Below, one piece after another: positions 12,057 to 23,775 of a DNA stretch of 57,067 nt. How positions within the stretch are numbered: the stretch's first letter is position 1; each line of letters opens with the position of its first letter. This DNA comes from Callorhinchus milii (lineage: Eukaryota). The stretch covers positions 1 through 57,067 of the forward strand of contig NW_024705278.1 in assembly GCF_018977255.1 (NCBI RefSeq). Direction: 5' to 3'. The notes below the pieces were generated by a model. It ran no database searches. It saw nothing but the letters and a program-made list of their open reading frames with translations, and had not been told where the DNA came from. Both the position numbers and the translations under genes were made by a program.

Positions 12057-13568
12057 ATGGAGCACAGGCAGTCAGCGCGGCTCGGTACGGCATGGCAACA
12101 ATGGGACCAGCGTGCATACAGCACGGATCGGACTGGAAGTTTGACACGGCACCAGAAAAAACACACGGGAGAGAAACCCTTCAAGTGCAATCTGTGTGAG
12201 ATGGCGTTTGCACATTCATCAAATCTTCAAAGACACCAAAGAACACACACGGGAGAGAAACCCTTCAAGTGCACTCTGTGTGAGATGGCGTTTGCACATT
12301 CATCAACTCTTCAAAGACACCAAAGAACACACACGGGAGAGAAACCCTTCAAGTGCAGTGTGTGTGGGAAGGCATTTTCACAGTCACAACATCTTGCAAA
12401 ACACCAGAGAACACACACAGGAGAGAAACCCTTCAAGTGCAGTGTGTGTGGGAAGGCATTTTCACAGTCATCTTATCTTGCCAAACACCAGAGAACACAC
12501 ACAGGAGAGAAACCCTTCAAGTGCAGTGTGTGTGGGAAGGCATTTTCACAGTCACAACATCTTGCAAAACACCAGAGAACACACACAGGAGAGAAACCCT
12601 TCAAGTGCAGTGTGCGTGGGAAGGCATTTTCACAGTCATCTGATCTTGCAAAACACCAGAGAACACACACAGGAGAGAAACCCTTCAAGTGCAGTGTGTG
12701 TGGGAAGGCATTTTCACAGTCATCTGATCTTGCAATACACCAGAGAACACACACAGGAGAGAAACCCTTGAAGTGCAGTGTGTGTCGGAAGGCATTTTCA
12801 CAGTCACATAATCTTGCACGACACCAGAGAACACACACAGGAGAGAAACCCTTCAAGTGCAGTGTGTGTGGGAAGGCATTTTCACAGTGGTATCTTGCAA
12901 AACACCATAGAACACACACAAGAGAGAAACCCTTCAAGTGCAGTGTGTGTGGGAAGGCATTTTCAAAGTCACGTGATCTTGCAACACACCATAGAACACA
13001 CACAGAGAAACCCTTCAAGTGCAGTGTGTGTGGGAAGGCATTTTCACAGTCGCCTATTCTTGCAAAACACCAGAGAACACACACAGGAGAGAAACCCTTC
13101 AGGTGCACTCTGTGCGGGAAGGCGTTTGCACGGTCACAACATCTTCAAGAACACCAGAGAACACAGAATCATCAGAAAATCCACAAGGAGTGGAGTCTGA
13201 AATCAGCTTGTGAAAGTCAAAGTTCCGTAAGGAGCCCATCCCTCATGAAACAAGTACCGGAAGAAAATCCCAGCTTGGGCACTTTTAAAGGTATCAAGGT
13301 GGAATTTGAAGAGTTGATTGTGAAATGTGAAGAGGTGATTGTGAAATGTGAAGAGGTGACGGTGAAGAGCGAAGAAGTGAAGGTAAAATGTGAAGATGAA
13401 GATTCGACTCCAAAATGGGACCTTCACATCGATGGAGGCAACGTGAAGCAGGAGGGGAATTCTGACTGTGAGGCAGAGCGAGGCAACTCACAGCAGTTTG
13501 TGGAAGTGGAGGTGTGGGTGGACTTCCTAGACAATACAAAGTCAAATGGAGATCCGTTAGATGTGTAA
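12057..13568 (+). CDS. Tandem C2H2 zinc-finger protein, 503 aa, 12 fingers (finger 6 C->R, finger 9 one residue short, finger 12 atypical), acidic C-terminal tail with 6 psi-K-x-E motifs
   Basis: Uninterrupted ORF with repeated CxxC-x12-H-x3-H and TGEKP linkers (84-bp repeats). Candidate splice acceptors CTGCAG| at 12016 and 12046 upstream; AATAAA downstream. Extra upstream coding exons cannot be excluded. Confidence 0.93.
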   Translation: MEHRQSARLGTAWQQWDQRAYSTDRTGSLTRHQKKHTGEKPFKCNLCEMAFAHSSNLQRHQRTHTGEKPFKCTLCEMAFAHSSTLQRHQRTHTGEKPFKCSVCGKAFSQSQHLAKHQRTHTGEKPFKCSVCGKAFSQSSYLAKHQRTHTGEKPFKCSVCGKAFSQSQHLAKHQRTHTGEKPFKCSVRGKAFSQSSDLAKHQRTHTGEKPFKCSVCGKAFSQSSDLAIHQRTHTGEKPLKCSVCRKAFSQSHNLARHQRTHTGEKPFKCSVCGKAFSQWYLAKHHRTHTREKPFKCSVCGKAFSKSRDLATHHRTHTEKPFKCSVCGKAFSQSPILAKHQRTHTGEKPFRCTLCGKAFARSQHLQEHQRTQNHQKIHKEWSLKSACESQSSVRSPSLMKQVPEENPSLGTFKGIKVEFEELIVKCEEVIVKCEEVTVKSEEVKVKCEDEDSTPKWDLHIDGGNVKQEGNSDCEAERGNSQQFVEVEVWVDFLDNTKSNGDPLDV

Positions 13569-13617
13569 GCTTGAGACGATGTCACTCCCGATACATGCAC
13601 CTTTGTCACAGGCCTTT

Positions 13618-13623
13618 AATAAA
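13618..13623 (+). terminator. Candidate polyadenylation signal AATAAA (copy 2: 22483-22488; copy 3 has AATGAA)
   Basis: About 50 bp after the stop codon. Confidence 0.45.
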
Positions 13624-13720
13624 AATAACGTGAAGTAGAACATTGAAATCTTAGGTTCAACCTGCAGTGTAAGAGCGGCCAGTCATGGTGGATCTGTTGG
13701 TTGGGTAGATATCTCACCAG

Positions 13721-13998
13721 GAGCCTCAGTGATTCACACTGAACCCTATTGCAGCCTTCATCTGGCTCTGTGAGCCTCAGTGATTCACACTGAAGCCTGT
13801 GGGAACCTCAGTCTGGATCTGTGAGCCTCAGTGATTCACACTGAAGCCTATGGGAGCCTTAGTCTGGCTCTGTGAGCCTCAGTGATTCACACTGAAGCCT
13901 ATTGGAGCCTTAGTCTGGCCCTGTGAGCCTCAGTTATTAACGCTGAAGCCTATGGGAGCCTGAGTCTGGCTTTGTGAGCCTCAGTAATTAACACTGAA
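13721..13998. repeat. 51-bp minisatellite, 5 full units plus 1 partial
   Basis: GAGCCTCAGTGATTCACACTGAAGCCTATGGGAGCCTTAGTCTGGCTCTGT-type units at 13721, 13772, 13823, 13874, 13925 and 13976. Confidence 0.9.
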
Positions 13999-14187
13999 CG
14001 CGATGGATGGGAGCCAGTGACATGGGGTGAGGTTAGTGGCTGTGGAGGCACCGGGGGCGTGGCCTCACCGAGGGGGGGTGTGTCTGACACGCCCCCCCTC
14101 AGGCAGATGTGATAGCTGCCTACCCTGGTGCTTTTTCATTGCAGTTTCATGACGAGACCAGCGAGCCTACGTATCTTTATACACATA

Positions 14188-14966
14188 CAGTAGAACCTCT
14201 GGTCATGAACGCTTCTGACCACGACCAAATTGGGTTCCATCCAAAACATTGACATTTTTGAATCTGGTCACGAACACATACTCGGGTGGCGATCAAACAG
14301 GGTCGCGGCCGATTTCCCTCTGCCGCGCCATTTTTGTTGAATTACACAAAGCGTAACAGTTATGTATATAACTTTTGCTATATAAAATTGCTAGTAAGAT
14401 ATAAATTGTGTGAGTGTAGTCATACCCCTCCCCCCTCATTCAAGCCATAATTTAGAGAGCGAAAGCGCCGAGTACATAAATCGCTAACATAAGAACCTGT
14501 TAATCTCTTCTCGCATCATTCATACGATGATGCGGTGAAGTTAACGTTCATACGATAATACGGTGAATGCTTCCAAAAACATTACTGTACCCAAATATTA
14601 CCGTTAACTTTCAATAGAAACATGAATTGCTCATACGAATATTCTCTTTCTCAGAATCGACTGACTGATGTAGCAGACGAAACAGTCATCTTGAACGATT
14701 CTAAACCTTGACGCGGAAATGTTAGTTTTCTCTGTTCAAGGATTTCTCAGTGTTATGCAATGTTTTTACATTTAGTTTTCTATTACACTAAATTCTAAAG
14801 CATAATTAACCATTGTGCTTAAAAATCTTTAAAAAACTATATACAGTTCGTAGGATTAATCGTATTTACATACAATCCAATGGGGAAATTAGGTTCGAAT
14901 CACGACTAAATCGGGTTGCGACCAAAGTTATGGAACGAATTATGGTCGTGACAAGAGGTTCTACTG
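14188..14966. mobile_element. Tigger/pogo-like non-autonomous DNA transposon (779 bp)
   Basis: ~21-bp imperfect TIRs CAGTAGAACCTCT.GTCA.GA / TCGTGACAAGAGGTTCTACTG with TA on both sides. Confidence 0.8.
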
Positions 14967-16448
14967 TACTTGAACTAAGTTACCCGGACTATGGAAGGCG
15001 AGGACATATAATGAAGGGGTCTACAAACATTCCATTGGTGACATGCTGAGATGGCAACAGGCAAGCCCTTAGTGCCCGCGTTCCATCCAGTGTCTGAGGG
15101 GTTGCGCAATCAGAGGGGAGGCTGAGCGCGTCGCTGCCTCACCCCTCGTCTCGCCCTGTACTTGCAGCGAAGCTCCGCAAATTTGGAGATTTTGACTATA
15201 AGTATGTAAAAAACTTTTTTTTAAAACACGCTTTTATTAAATGTACGAGTAATGGAAGAACTCCACGACTCTAGGAAGTGGCCCCGAAGTTTGCCATAAC
15301 GTAAGGGACGGTAGACAATTACATCCAACGTCAGTTGACCGTGGGAACAATTAGACCCAAGCCAAAACATAACATGTAAAAAAGATTGTTTAAACATTTT
15401 TTATTTAATAATAGAATATAGTATTGTCATCAGTTTGGCATAAGTACAGTGAGGGAAAAAAGTATTTGATCCCCTGCTGATTTTGTGCGTTTGCCCATCG
15501 TGGACAATTAGACCCAAGCCGAAACATAACATATGAAAAATAATGTTTACAAATATATACACATTTATTAAAAAGTATTTAATTAAGTAGAACCAACGTG
15601 ACTTTCCCGAAAAAAACAAAGTATGAATCCTTGCAGTCACGAAAGCTTAAAATCTAGAATTAAGCAGAACGTTTTGTCTATACTCTATATGTATTTAAAG
15701 TTGTGCATTTTGATGTGATGTGACATTTCTCAAACCCCCGCCCCCCTGGTCTCCTTTCTAATAAATCTTTTCTCCTACAACATCAGAGTGCAGCGCCACA
15801 TTAAATAGCACTACAATGACAATAGTTTAAAGCGATTTGAAGCGTGTTTTATATATTGGGGGGGGGGGGGCAGAGCTTTGTGACGTCATATTTGAGGGGG
15901 TCTGACTTTTTGTGACGAGGGGGGGAGGGGGGTCAAAAATCGGCCAAAATCACGTGACGTCATTTATGAACGGCCCCAATACGCAAAACTTGAACTCTGA
16001 TCCCCGTTCTCTGACGTCACCACTAAGCATTACCTCATCGGTGTGAAACGCCAGGGGGGGCGGTGCGCCTCGCTAGTGACGTCATGTCACCCCTGCTTGG
16101 TCCCCGTCGATGTCTGACCCGTACAATCCTTATTTGGGCAAAGCTACGCCCAGTGACTGGCGGCTCATTAACATAATCTAGGATCTAAGCTTTGGTGACT
16201 GCAGGAATTGCTCATTGGTTATTTCGGTAAAGAAATTAAATAAAAAATAAAATTAACATAATATATTCGTTAAAAGCCGTCGCGAGTTTGTTTTTATTGC
16301 GACGGGTTCAGCACCCACGCCCCATCATCCCTCGACGCGTGACTTTACCGAAAGAGCCAATGAGTGTACAACGAGTTGAGTCATTCCTGCAGTTGACGAA
16401 AGCTTCAATTCTCAAATAAGTTATTCAGTTACCCAGCCCCGCTCGTTG

Positions 16449-16548
16449 GGGGCGTGTCTTGTACCCGGAAGTGAATATTACGTCACATCCTGCTGCCGCC
16501 GTAACGTAGCGAGGTAACGAGAAGCTGCCGTTGAAATCCGAGGTGAGA
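16449..16548 (+). promoter_or_regulatory. Putative core promoter of ZNF copy 2 (YY1-like motif changed to GCCGCCGT)
   Basis: Homologous to 8306-8406. Confidence 0.45.
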
Positions 16549-16585
16549 GATTTTCATCGTGGTGGTTGTTGTGGTTGTTGTTGTA

Positions 16586-16850
16586 TTTCGATTTAAAGCT
16601 TTCGTGACTGCAGGGATTCATCTTCTTGTTTCTTTCGGTAAAGTCACGTAGAAGGGAAGTAATAAAATAATAAAAATAAAACATAATAAAACAATTCTCA
16701 CGACGTTTCGGCTACAACGCAAGCAGCCGTCTTCACCTGAAGACGGCTGCTTGCGTTGTAGCCGAAACGTCGTGAGAATTGTTTTATTATGTTTTATTTT
16801 TATTATTTTATTACTTCCCTTCTACGTGACTTTACCGAAAGAAACAAGAA
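16586..16850. mobile_element. Penelope-like inverted pLTR insertion: 36-nt tail plus perfect palindrome (114-bp arms, CC spacer)
   Basis: Absent in units 1, 3 and 4 at this site. 12-bp TSD GTTGTTGTTGTA at 16574-16585 and 16851-16862. Arms 16622-16735 and 16738-16851 are exact reverse complements. Family assignment is inferred from the hammerhead motif and the inverted structure. Confidence 0.75.
16732..16776 (+). ncRNA. Minimal type I hammerhead ribozyme motif
   Basis: Stem I UUCAC/GUGAG; core CUGAAGA plus one extra C; stem II GGCUGC/GUAGCC with 7-nt loop; GAA-ACGU-C with palindromic micro stem III. Predicted cleavage after C16771. Confidence 0.65.
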
Positions 16851-17849
16851 GTTGTTGTTGTAGTTGTTGTTTACCAAGGTAGAGCCTCTCTCTCGTAGGG
16901 ATGTCAATTGAGTCGCAGCGAGTATGGGAATCCATGTCCAGGTTGGGACATTACAACGTGGGGCTTAGTCACGCGGGCCTCGCCTCCTGCCCTCGCCTGA
17001 AGGCCTTTGTTTGAATTCTCTCGCTTCAACTTGATCTGGAAGCTTTCGTGACGGCAGCAGAAATAAAATAAACGAAGAAACAACCAATTTAAGTTAGTTT
17101 TTTCATTTATTTTAGTTGTTTATTCATAATATTTTTTTTCATAATTTTTTTTTAGAGATACACACGTAGGCACAGAGAGAGAGATAAAACAGACAGGCAT
17201 ACATAGGCACACAGAGAGAGACACATAAGCACACAGAGAGAGAGACACACAGAGAGAGATAACACAGAGAGAGATAACACAGACAGAGAGATACACACAT
17301 AGGCACACAGACACACACACATAGGCGCACACATAATCAACAGCTCTGTGACAAGGCCTTAAATAGAGGGAGAAGGCGGCTGAGAGAGAGGGGGGGTAGA
17401 GAAATGAGCATGGCAATGAGAGATTTGGAGCTTTCGTGACTGCAGGAAATATTACAACACGAGGGCACTTTCGGTTTTTATTTTATGTAACTAGGCCAAG
17501 CCCACTTGAGCTGCTGTACCGCTCTTATGATTTGAAGCTTTCGTGAGTGCAGGAATCCATACTCTTTGTTTTTTTCGGTAAAGTCACGTAGGAAGAAAAA
17601 ATAGGTAATAGCATTCGACGTTTCCTTTGCAACACGAGCAATCACCATCAGGTACAAATGAATGAGAAAGCAAAGCTTGTTAACTTGAACTATACTCTTT
17701 GGTTTTTTCGGTCAAGTTATGTAGGTATAAATTAAATAAACTTATAACTACAATGCAATACAACACAGAGAGTCGGCTAAGATAAGTCAACTCCCCACCT
17801 GGTTTATTAACGTTCTTCCAAAGATTGATACATTTGAGAGAGAGAACTA

Positions 17850-18480
17850 AACACAGACACGGAGACACACAGACACATACACACAAGCAGAGAGAGATAA
17901 CACAGACACACAGAGAGAGACACACAGAAGCAGAGAGATAACACGAGAGACAGAGAGAGAGACACACACAGGCACACAGAGAGAAAGCACATACAGGCAC
18001 ACAGAGAGATAACACAGACAGACAGAGACACACACATAGGCACACAGAGCGAGACACACATAGGCACACAAAGAGAGAGAGAGAGACACCACAAAGACGC
18101 ACAGAGAGACACACACACACGTAGGTACACAGAGAGAGATAACACAAAGACAGAGACACACACACAGGCACAGAGAGAGACACAAAGAGAGAGAGAGACA
18201 CACAGGCACACAGAGATAAGAGACAGAGAGAGAGACGCATAGACACACACACATAGGCACACAGAGGGCGACACACATAGGCACACAGAAAGAGACACAC
18301 CGAGAGAGAGACACACAGAGAGAGAGAGAGACACACACATGGACACAGATAGAGACAGAGAGAGACACAGAGGCACACAGAGAGAGACATACACATAGGC
18401 ACACAGAGACACACATAGGCACACAGAGAGAGATAACACAGACACAGAGACACACACATAGGCACACACAGAAACAACAC
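17850..18480. repeat. Expanded compound (CA)/(GA) tract in unit 2
   Basis: About 630 bp versus about 170 bp at the paralogous position in unit 1. Confidence 0.85.
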
Positions 18481-20902
18481 CTGTGTTGAGGCCTTAAATA
18501 GAGAGAGAAGAGGGCTGAGAGAGGGGGGGGGTAGAAAAATGAGCATGGCAATGAGAGATTTGGAGCTTTCGTGACTGCAGGAAATACTACAACACGAGGA
18601 CACTTTCGGTTTTTATTTTATGTAACCAGGCCAAGCCCGCTTGAGCTGCTATACCGCTCTTATGATTTGAAGCTTTCGTGAGTGCAGGAATCCATATTCT
18701 TTGATTCTTTCGGTAGAGTCACGTAGGTAGAAAATGTAATAAATCACGACGTTTTGGGCGCAATACAAGCGTCCGCTCTTGTTTTCCGAAGCGACCTTCC
18801 CGCACAACAAAGGTGGGCTTTGTCAACGTGTGGAAATGACTATCGGTCAAAGGCTCTAAACGCGTGCTGATATTCACTTTTAAATGTGGAGGGGGATCTG
18901 GAGGAAAATCCACGCCACCACAGAGAGAGAGGGAGACACGCAAACTCAGCCGTGTTGATTTCATCCTGAATTATTTGGTGGAGTGAGGAAGCATTGAAAA
19001 CGTTTTGGTTTAGCCATGTTTGTTTTTTTGTAGTACACAGTTAGCCTGATAACTTTAATCTAAATTGTCCTATGGTTGTTTTTGTTGACTTGCATCCCAC
19101 TGGGATTTTCTGCATAAAGCGTTGAAATGCGGTGTTTTTTCTGCAGTTTTTTCCTGGAATTTTCTGTTGCGTGTAGTCACTTTAAGATGTTTCTTGTTCA
19201 CGTTTTTGTTAGTTGCGTTTGCCCCCGAGTCAAGAGCCACATGGCTCACGGGGTTATCTATATATAAAAGGGAAATTTGTGAATGTTTAGCATACTTTCC
19301 GACATGCAACAAACTTGAAATTTGGCATGTGGGTACCTTCCAGACTGTACACAATGCAAAAAGTATAAAAATTGACTTTTGCATTTTTCTGGGGGGGGGG
19401 GTGGGGCGCAATAATGGATATATTTTGCACGGCAAGTGAGCGGTGACCTCACGTCTGTGATGTCACCCGCATGCGGCAGCGTCACGTTGTGTGCATTCTG
19501 ACGTTACGCATCCCCCACCCCCCATCCTCCGCGTAGGCCGTGGATTCATTCAAGACAAGAATCCAAGTCTCGGGCGAAGCCAGGTAGTAAAGCTAGTACC
19601 TAATAAATGAAACTGAAACATTAATACTGAGCAGATGAAGGTGTGTGGCCAGGCATGGTTCTGGACACGCCACCACCTGTTTAACGCGGCAGTGTGTGGC
19701 AGTGTCAAGTTTGTGTTTGCAGTAAAGTCTATTAACTCTTGAACACGGAGGATATATGAAAACAATGGTTTATGTTTTTTGTTTTCATCTGGAACTCTTT
19801 ATGAGAATGGAAGCAGTCAGGAAGTTGACACAGCACACATACAGCTGACGTTAGATCTGTTCATCCCAGCATTCAAGGAAATCTGAGCCTGGCTTCACAC
19901 CTCTAAGTTGCGATTGAACATGAATTTATGCATAACACAAGTAGTATTATTTTCAACACCCTTTGCTATGTCAGCTGAATTTAGCTCTTATGAATATTCA
20001 TTTTGTAGCCAGACAGCCAAAATTGTGTGCTTGGAGTTTTGGGTTAACATTCATTTTGAAGATACGAGGGCTTCCAGGAATGTTTATGACCATTTGCCCT
20101 CTCATAGTGCGCCATAACAGCCCGTGTGATGAATTTCGGTAACTTTTTAACTCTATCATGAATATATGAATACATATAGACATGTTAGTCATGTGTGACT
20201 GTGTTTATATATGCTCTTTGGTTCTTTCGGTAAAGTCACGTAGGTAGAAATAAAATAAGTAATATTTTTAAAAACTCTTTTAAAAACACGCTTTAATGAA
20301 ATGTACTAGTAATGAAAGAACTCCACGACTCCAGGAAGTGGCCCCGAGGCTTGCCATAACGTAAGCGACCGTGGTCAATTACAGCCAACGTCAGTTTACC
20401 GTGGACAATTAGACCCAAGCCGAAACATAACATGTAAAAATATTGTTTAAAAGAAAATGTTAATGATAGAATATAGTATCGTCATCAGTATGGCATAAGT
20501 ATACTAAGTTTGCAGTCGATACCACATTGGGAAGTGGGTTAAAATGTAGTTAGAAGATTTCAGGATACAACAATGACAAAAATGACAACAACAGACAGAG
20601 CGAGTTAAATGAAAGCGTGTATTAAAATAAATCACAGCAGACATCTCAGCTATCGCGATTTCACCCGAAGACGAACGCTTGTGTTGCATTCGAAACATCG
20701 TCATTTATGTTATTTTTACCTACGTGACTTTACCGAAAGAACCATAGAGTATGTATTCATGCAGTCATGAAAGCTTCAAATCAAGATTGTGTACATATAT
20801 ATGCGTATATTCATTCTTCTGTGCCTCGATACTGACTTGTAGATGTTATTTTCTGTCTGCAGCTGTCGCTTCCTCTGACGCTTCCTCTGCAGAATTGGTC
20901 TG

Positions 20903-22433
20903 ATGGAGCACAGGCAGTCAGCGCGGCTCGGTACGGCATGGCAACAATGGGACCAGCGTGCATACAGCACGGATCGGACTGGAAGTTTGACATGGCACCA
21001 GAAAAAACACACGGGAGAGAAACCCTTCAAGTGCAATCTGTGTGAGATGGCGTTTGCACATTCATCAAATCTTCAAAGACACCAAGAACACACACGGGAG
21101 AGAAACCCTTCAAGTGCACTCTGTGTGAGATGGCGTTTGCACATTCATCAACTCTTCAAAGACACCAAAGAACACACACGGGAGAGAAACCCTTCAAGTG
21201 CAGTGTGTGTGGGAAGGCATTTTCACAGTCACAACATCTTGCAAAACACCAGAGAACACACACAGGAGAGAAACCCTTCAAGTGCAGTGTGTGTGGGAAG
21301 GCATTTTCACAGTCATCTTATCTTGCCAAACACCAGAGAACACACACAGGAGAGAAACCCTTCAAGTGCAGTGTGTGTGGGAAGGCATTTTCACAGTCAC
21401 AACATCTTGCAAAACACCAGAGAACACACACAGGAGAGAAACCCTTCAAGTGCAGTGTGCGTGGGAAGGCATTTTCACAGTCATCTGATCTTCCAAAACA
21501 CCAGAGAACACACACAGGAGAGAAACCCTTCAAGTGCAGTGTGTGTGGGAAGGCATTTTCACAGTCATCTGATCTTGCAATACACCAGAGAACACACACA
21601 GGAGAGAAACCCTTGAAGTGCAGTGTGTGTCGGAAGGCATTTTCACAGTCACATAATCTTGCACGACACCAGAGAACACACACAGGAGAGAAACCCTTCA
21701 AGTGCAGTGTGTGTGGGAAGGCATTTTCACAGTGGTATCTTGCAAAACACCATAGAACACACACAGAGAGAAACCCTTCAAGTGCAGTGTGTGTGGGAAG
21801 GCATTTTCAAAGTCACGTGATCTTGCAACACACCATAGAACACACACAGAGAAACCCTTCAAGTGCAGTGTGTGTGGGAAGGCATTTTCACAGTCGCCTA
21901 TTCTTGCAAAACACCAGAGAACACACATAGGAGAGAAACCCTTCAGGTGCACTCTGTGCGGGAAGGCGTTTGCACGGTCACAACATCTTCAAGAACACCA
22001 GAGAACACAGAATCATCAGAAAATCCACAAGGAGTGGAGTCTGAAATCAGCTTGTGAAAGTCAAAGTTCCGTAAGGAGCCCATCCCTCATGAAACAAGTA
22101 CCGGAAGAAAATCCCAGCTTGGGCACTTTTAAAGGTATCAAGGTGGAATTTGAAGAGGTGATTGTGAAATGTGAAGAGGTGATTGTGAAATGTGAAGAGG
22201 TGATTGTGAAATGTGAAGAGGTGACGGTGAAGAGCGAAGAAGTGAAGGTAAAATGTGAAGATGAAGATTCGACTCCAAAATGGGACCTTCACATCGATGG
22301 AGGCAACGTGAAGCAGGAGGGGAATTCTGACTGTGAGGCAGAGCGAGGCAACTCACAGCAGTTTGTGGAAGTGGAGGTGTGGGTGGACTTCCTAGACAAT
22401 ACAAAGTCAAATGGAGATCCGTTAGATGTGTAA
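20903..22433 (+). pseudogene. ZNF paralog 2 (12 fingers, near-identical to copy 1) with two 1-bp deletions; pseudogene or sequencing error
   Basis: Length 1531 = 1512 + 21 (extra VIVKCEE unit) - 2. One A is missing at ~21084 and one at ~21765. Confidence 0.75.
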
Positions 22434-22585
22434 GCTTGAGACGATGTCACTCCCGATACATGCACCTTTGTCACAGGCCTTTAATAAAAATAACGTGAAG
22501 TAGAACATTGAAATCTTAGGTTCAACCTGCAGTGTAAGAGCGGCCAGTCATGGTGGATCTGTTGGTTGGGTAGATATCTCACCAG

Positions 22586-22812
22586 GAGCCTCAGTGATTC
22601 ACACTGAACCCTATTGCAGCCTTCATCTGGCTCTGTGAGCCTCAGTGATTCACACTGAAGCCTGTGGGAACCTCAGTCTGGATCTGTGAGCCTCAGTGAT
22701 TCACACTGAAGCCTATGGGAGCCTTAGTCTGGCTCTGTGAGCCTCAGTGATTCACACTGAAGCCTATTGGAGCCTTAGTCTGGCTTTGTGAGCCTCAGTA
22801 ATTAACACTGAA
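22586..22812. repeat. 51-bp minisatellite, 4 full units plus 1 partial
   Basis: Units at 22586, 22637, 22688, 22739 and 22790. Confidence 0.9.
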
Positions 22813-23001
22813 CGCGATGGATGGGAGCCAGTGACATGGGGTGAGGTTAGTGGCTGTGGAGGCACCGGGGGCGTGGCCTCACCGAGGGGGGGTGTGTCTG
22901 ACACGCCCCCCCTCAGGCAGATGTGATAGCTGCCTACCCTGGTGCTTTTTCATTGCAGTTTCATGACGAGACCAGCGAGCCTACGTATCTTTATACACAT
23001 A

Positions 23002-23775
23002 CAGTAGAACCTCTGGTCATGAACGCTTCTGACCACGACCAAATTGGGTTCCATCCAAAACATTGACATTTTTGAATCTGGTCACGAACACATACTCGGG
23101 TGGCGATCAAACAGGGTCGCGGCCGATTTCCCTCTGCCGCGCCATTTTTGTTGAATTACACAAAGCGTAACAGTTATGTATATAACTTTTGCTATATAAA
23201 ATTGCTAGTAAGATATAAATTGTGTGAGTGTAGTCATACCCCTCCCCCCTCATTCAAGCCATAATTTAGAGAGCGAAAGCGCCGAGTACGTAAATCGCTA
23301 ACATAAGAACCCGTTAATCTCTTCTCGCATCATTCATACGATGATGCGGTGAAGTTAACGTTCATACGATAATACGGTGAATGCTTCCAAAAACATTACT
23401 GTACCCAAATATTACCGTTAACTTTCAATAGAAACATGAATTGCTCATACGAATATTCTCTTTCTCAGAATCGACTGATGTAGCAGACGAAACAGTCATC
23501 TTGAACGATTCTAAACCTTGACGCGGAAATGTTAGTTTTCTCTGTTCAAGGATTTCTCAGTGTTATGCAATGTTTTTACATTTAGTTTTCTATTACACTA
23601 AATTCTAAGCATAATTAACCATTGTGCTTAAAAATCTTTAAAAAACTATATACAGTTCGTAGGATTAATCGTATTTACATACAATCCAATGGGGAAATTA
23701 GGTTCGAATCACGACTAAATCGGGTTGCGACCAAAGTTATGGAACGAATTATGGTCGTGACAAGAGGTTCTACTG
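23002..23775. mobile_element. Tigger/pogo-like MITE, second intact copy
   Basis: Same TIRs and TA flanks as 14188-14966. Confidence 0.8.

Larger units (their letters stand above)
6467..14616 (+). repeat. ZNF tandem duplication unit 1
   Basis: Colinear high-identity homology with 14617-23430, 23431-33690 and 52083-57067. Confidence 0.9.
14617..23430 (+). repeat. ZNF tandem duplication unit 2
   Basis: Near-identical to unit 1 over the gene body and to unit 3 over the upstream part. Confidence 0.9.

Noticed and set aside
12196-13200. Alternative-frame and antisense ORFs over the ZNF arrays
   Set aside because: Shadow ORFs produced by the 84-bp finger repeat.
12057-13568. PRDM9 or KRAB-ZNF identity
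   Set aside because: No SET, SSXRD or KRAB exon recognisable within the ~8-kb unit, and the fingers are followed by a long tail; no gene symbol assigned.
13721-13998. CRISPR-like array (palindromic repeat at regular spacing)
   Set aside because: The intervening sequences are themselves near-identical, there are no cas genes and the context is eukaryotic: it is a minisatellite.
14813-15049. Recurrent ~80-aa ORF (also 6666-6911 and 23622-23858)
   Set aside because: Spans the MITE TIR, has a non-ATG start and is disrupted in unit 4; its recurrence reflects the duplication only.
16697-16741. Second hammerhead on the minus strand of the palindrome
   Set aside because: The asymmetric CC spacer makes the minus-strand core GUGAAGA instead of CUGAAGA and disrupts stem I.
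17680-18603. Long Cys/Val/Leu/Ser-rich ORFs (up to 307 aa) and similar ORFs near 8.7-9.7, 26 and 54-55 kb
   Set aside because: Translation of stop-poor (TG)/(TC) microsatellite, open in several frames at once.
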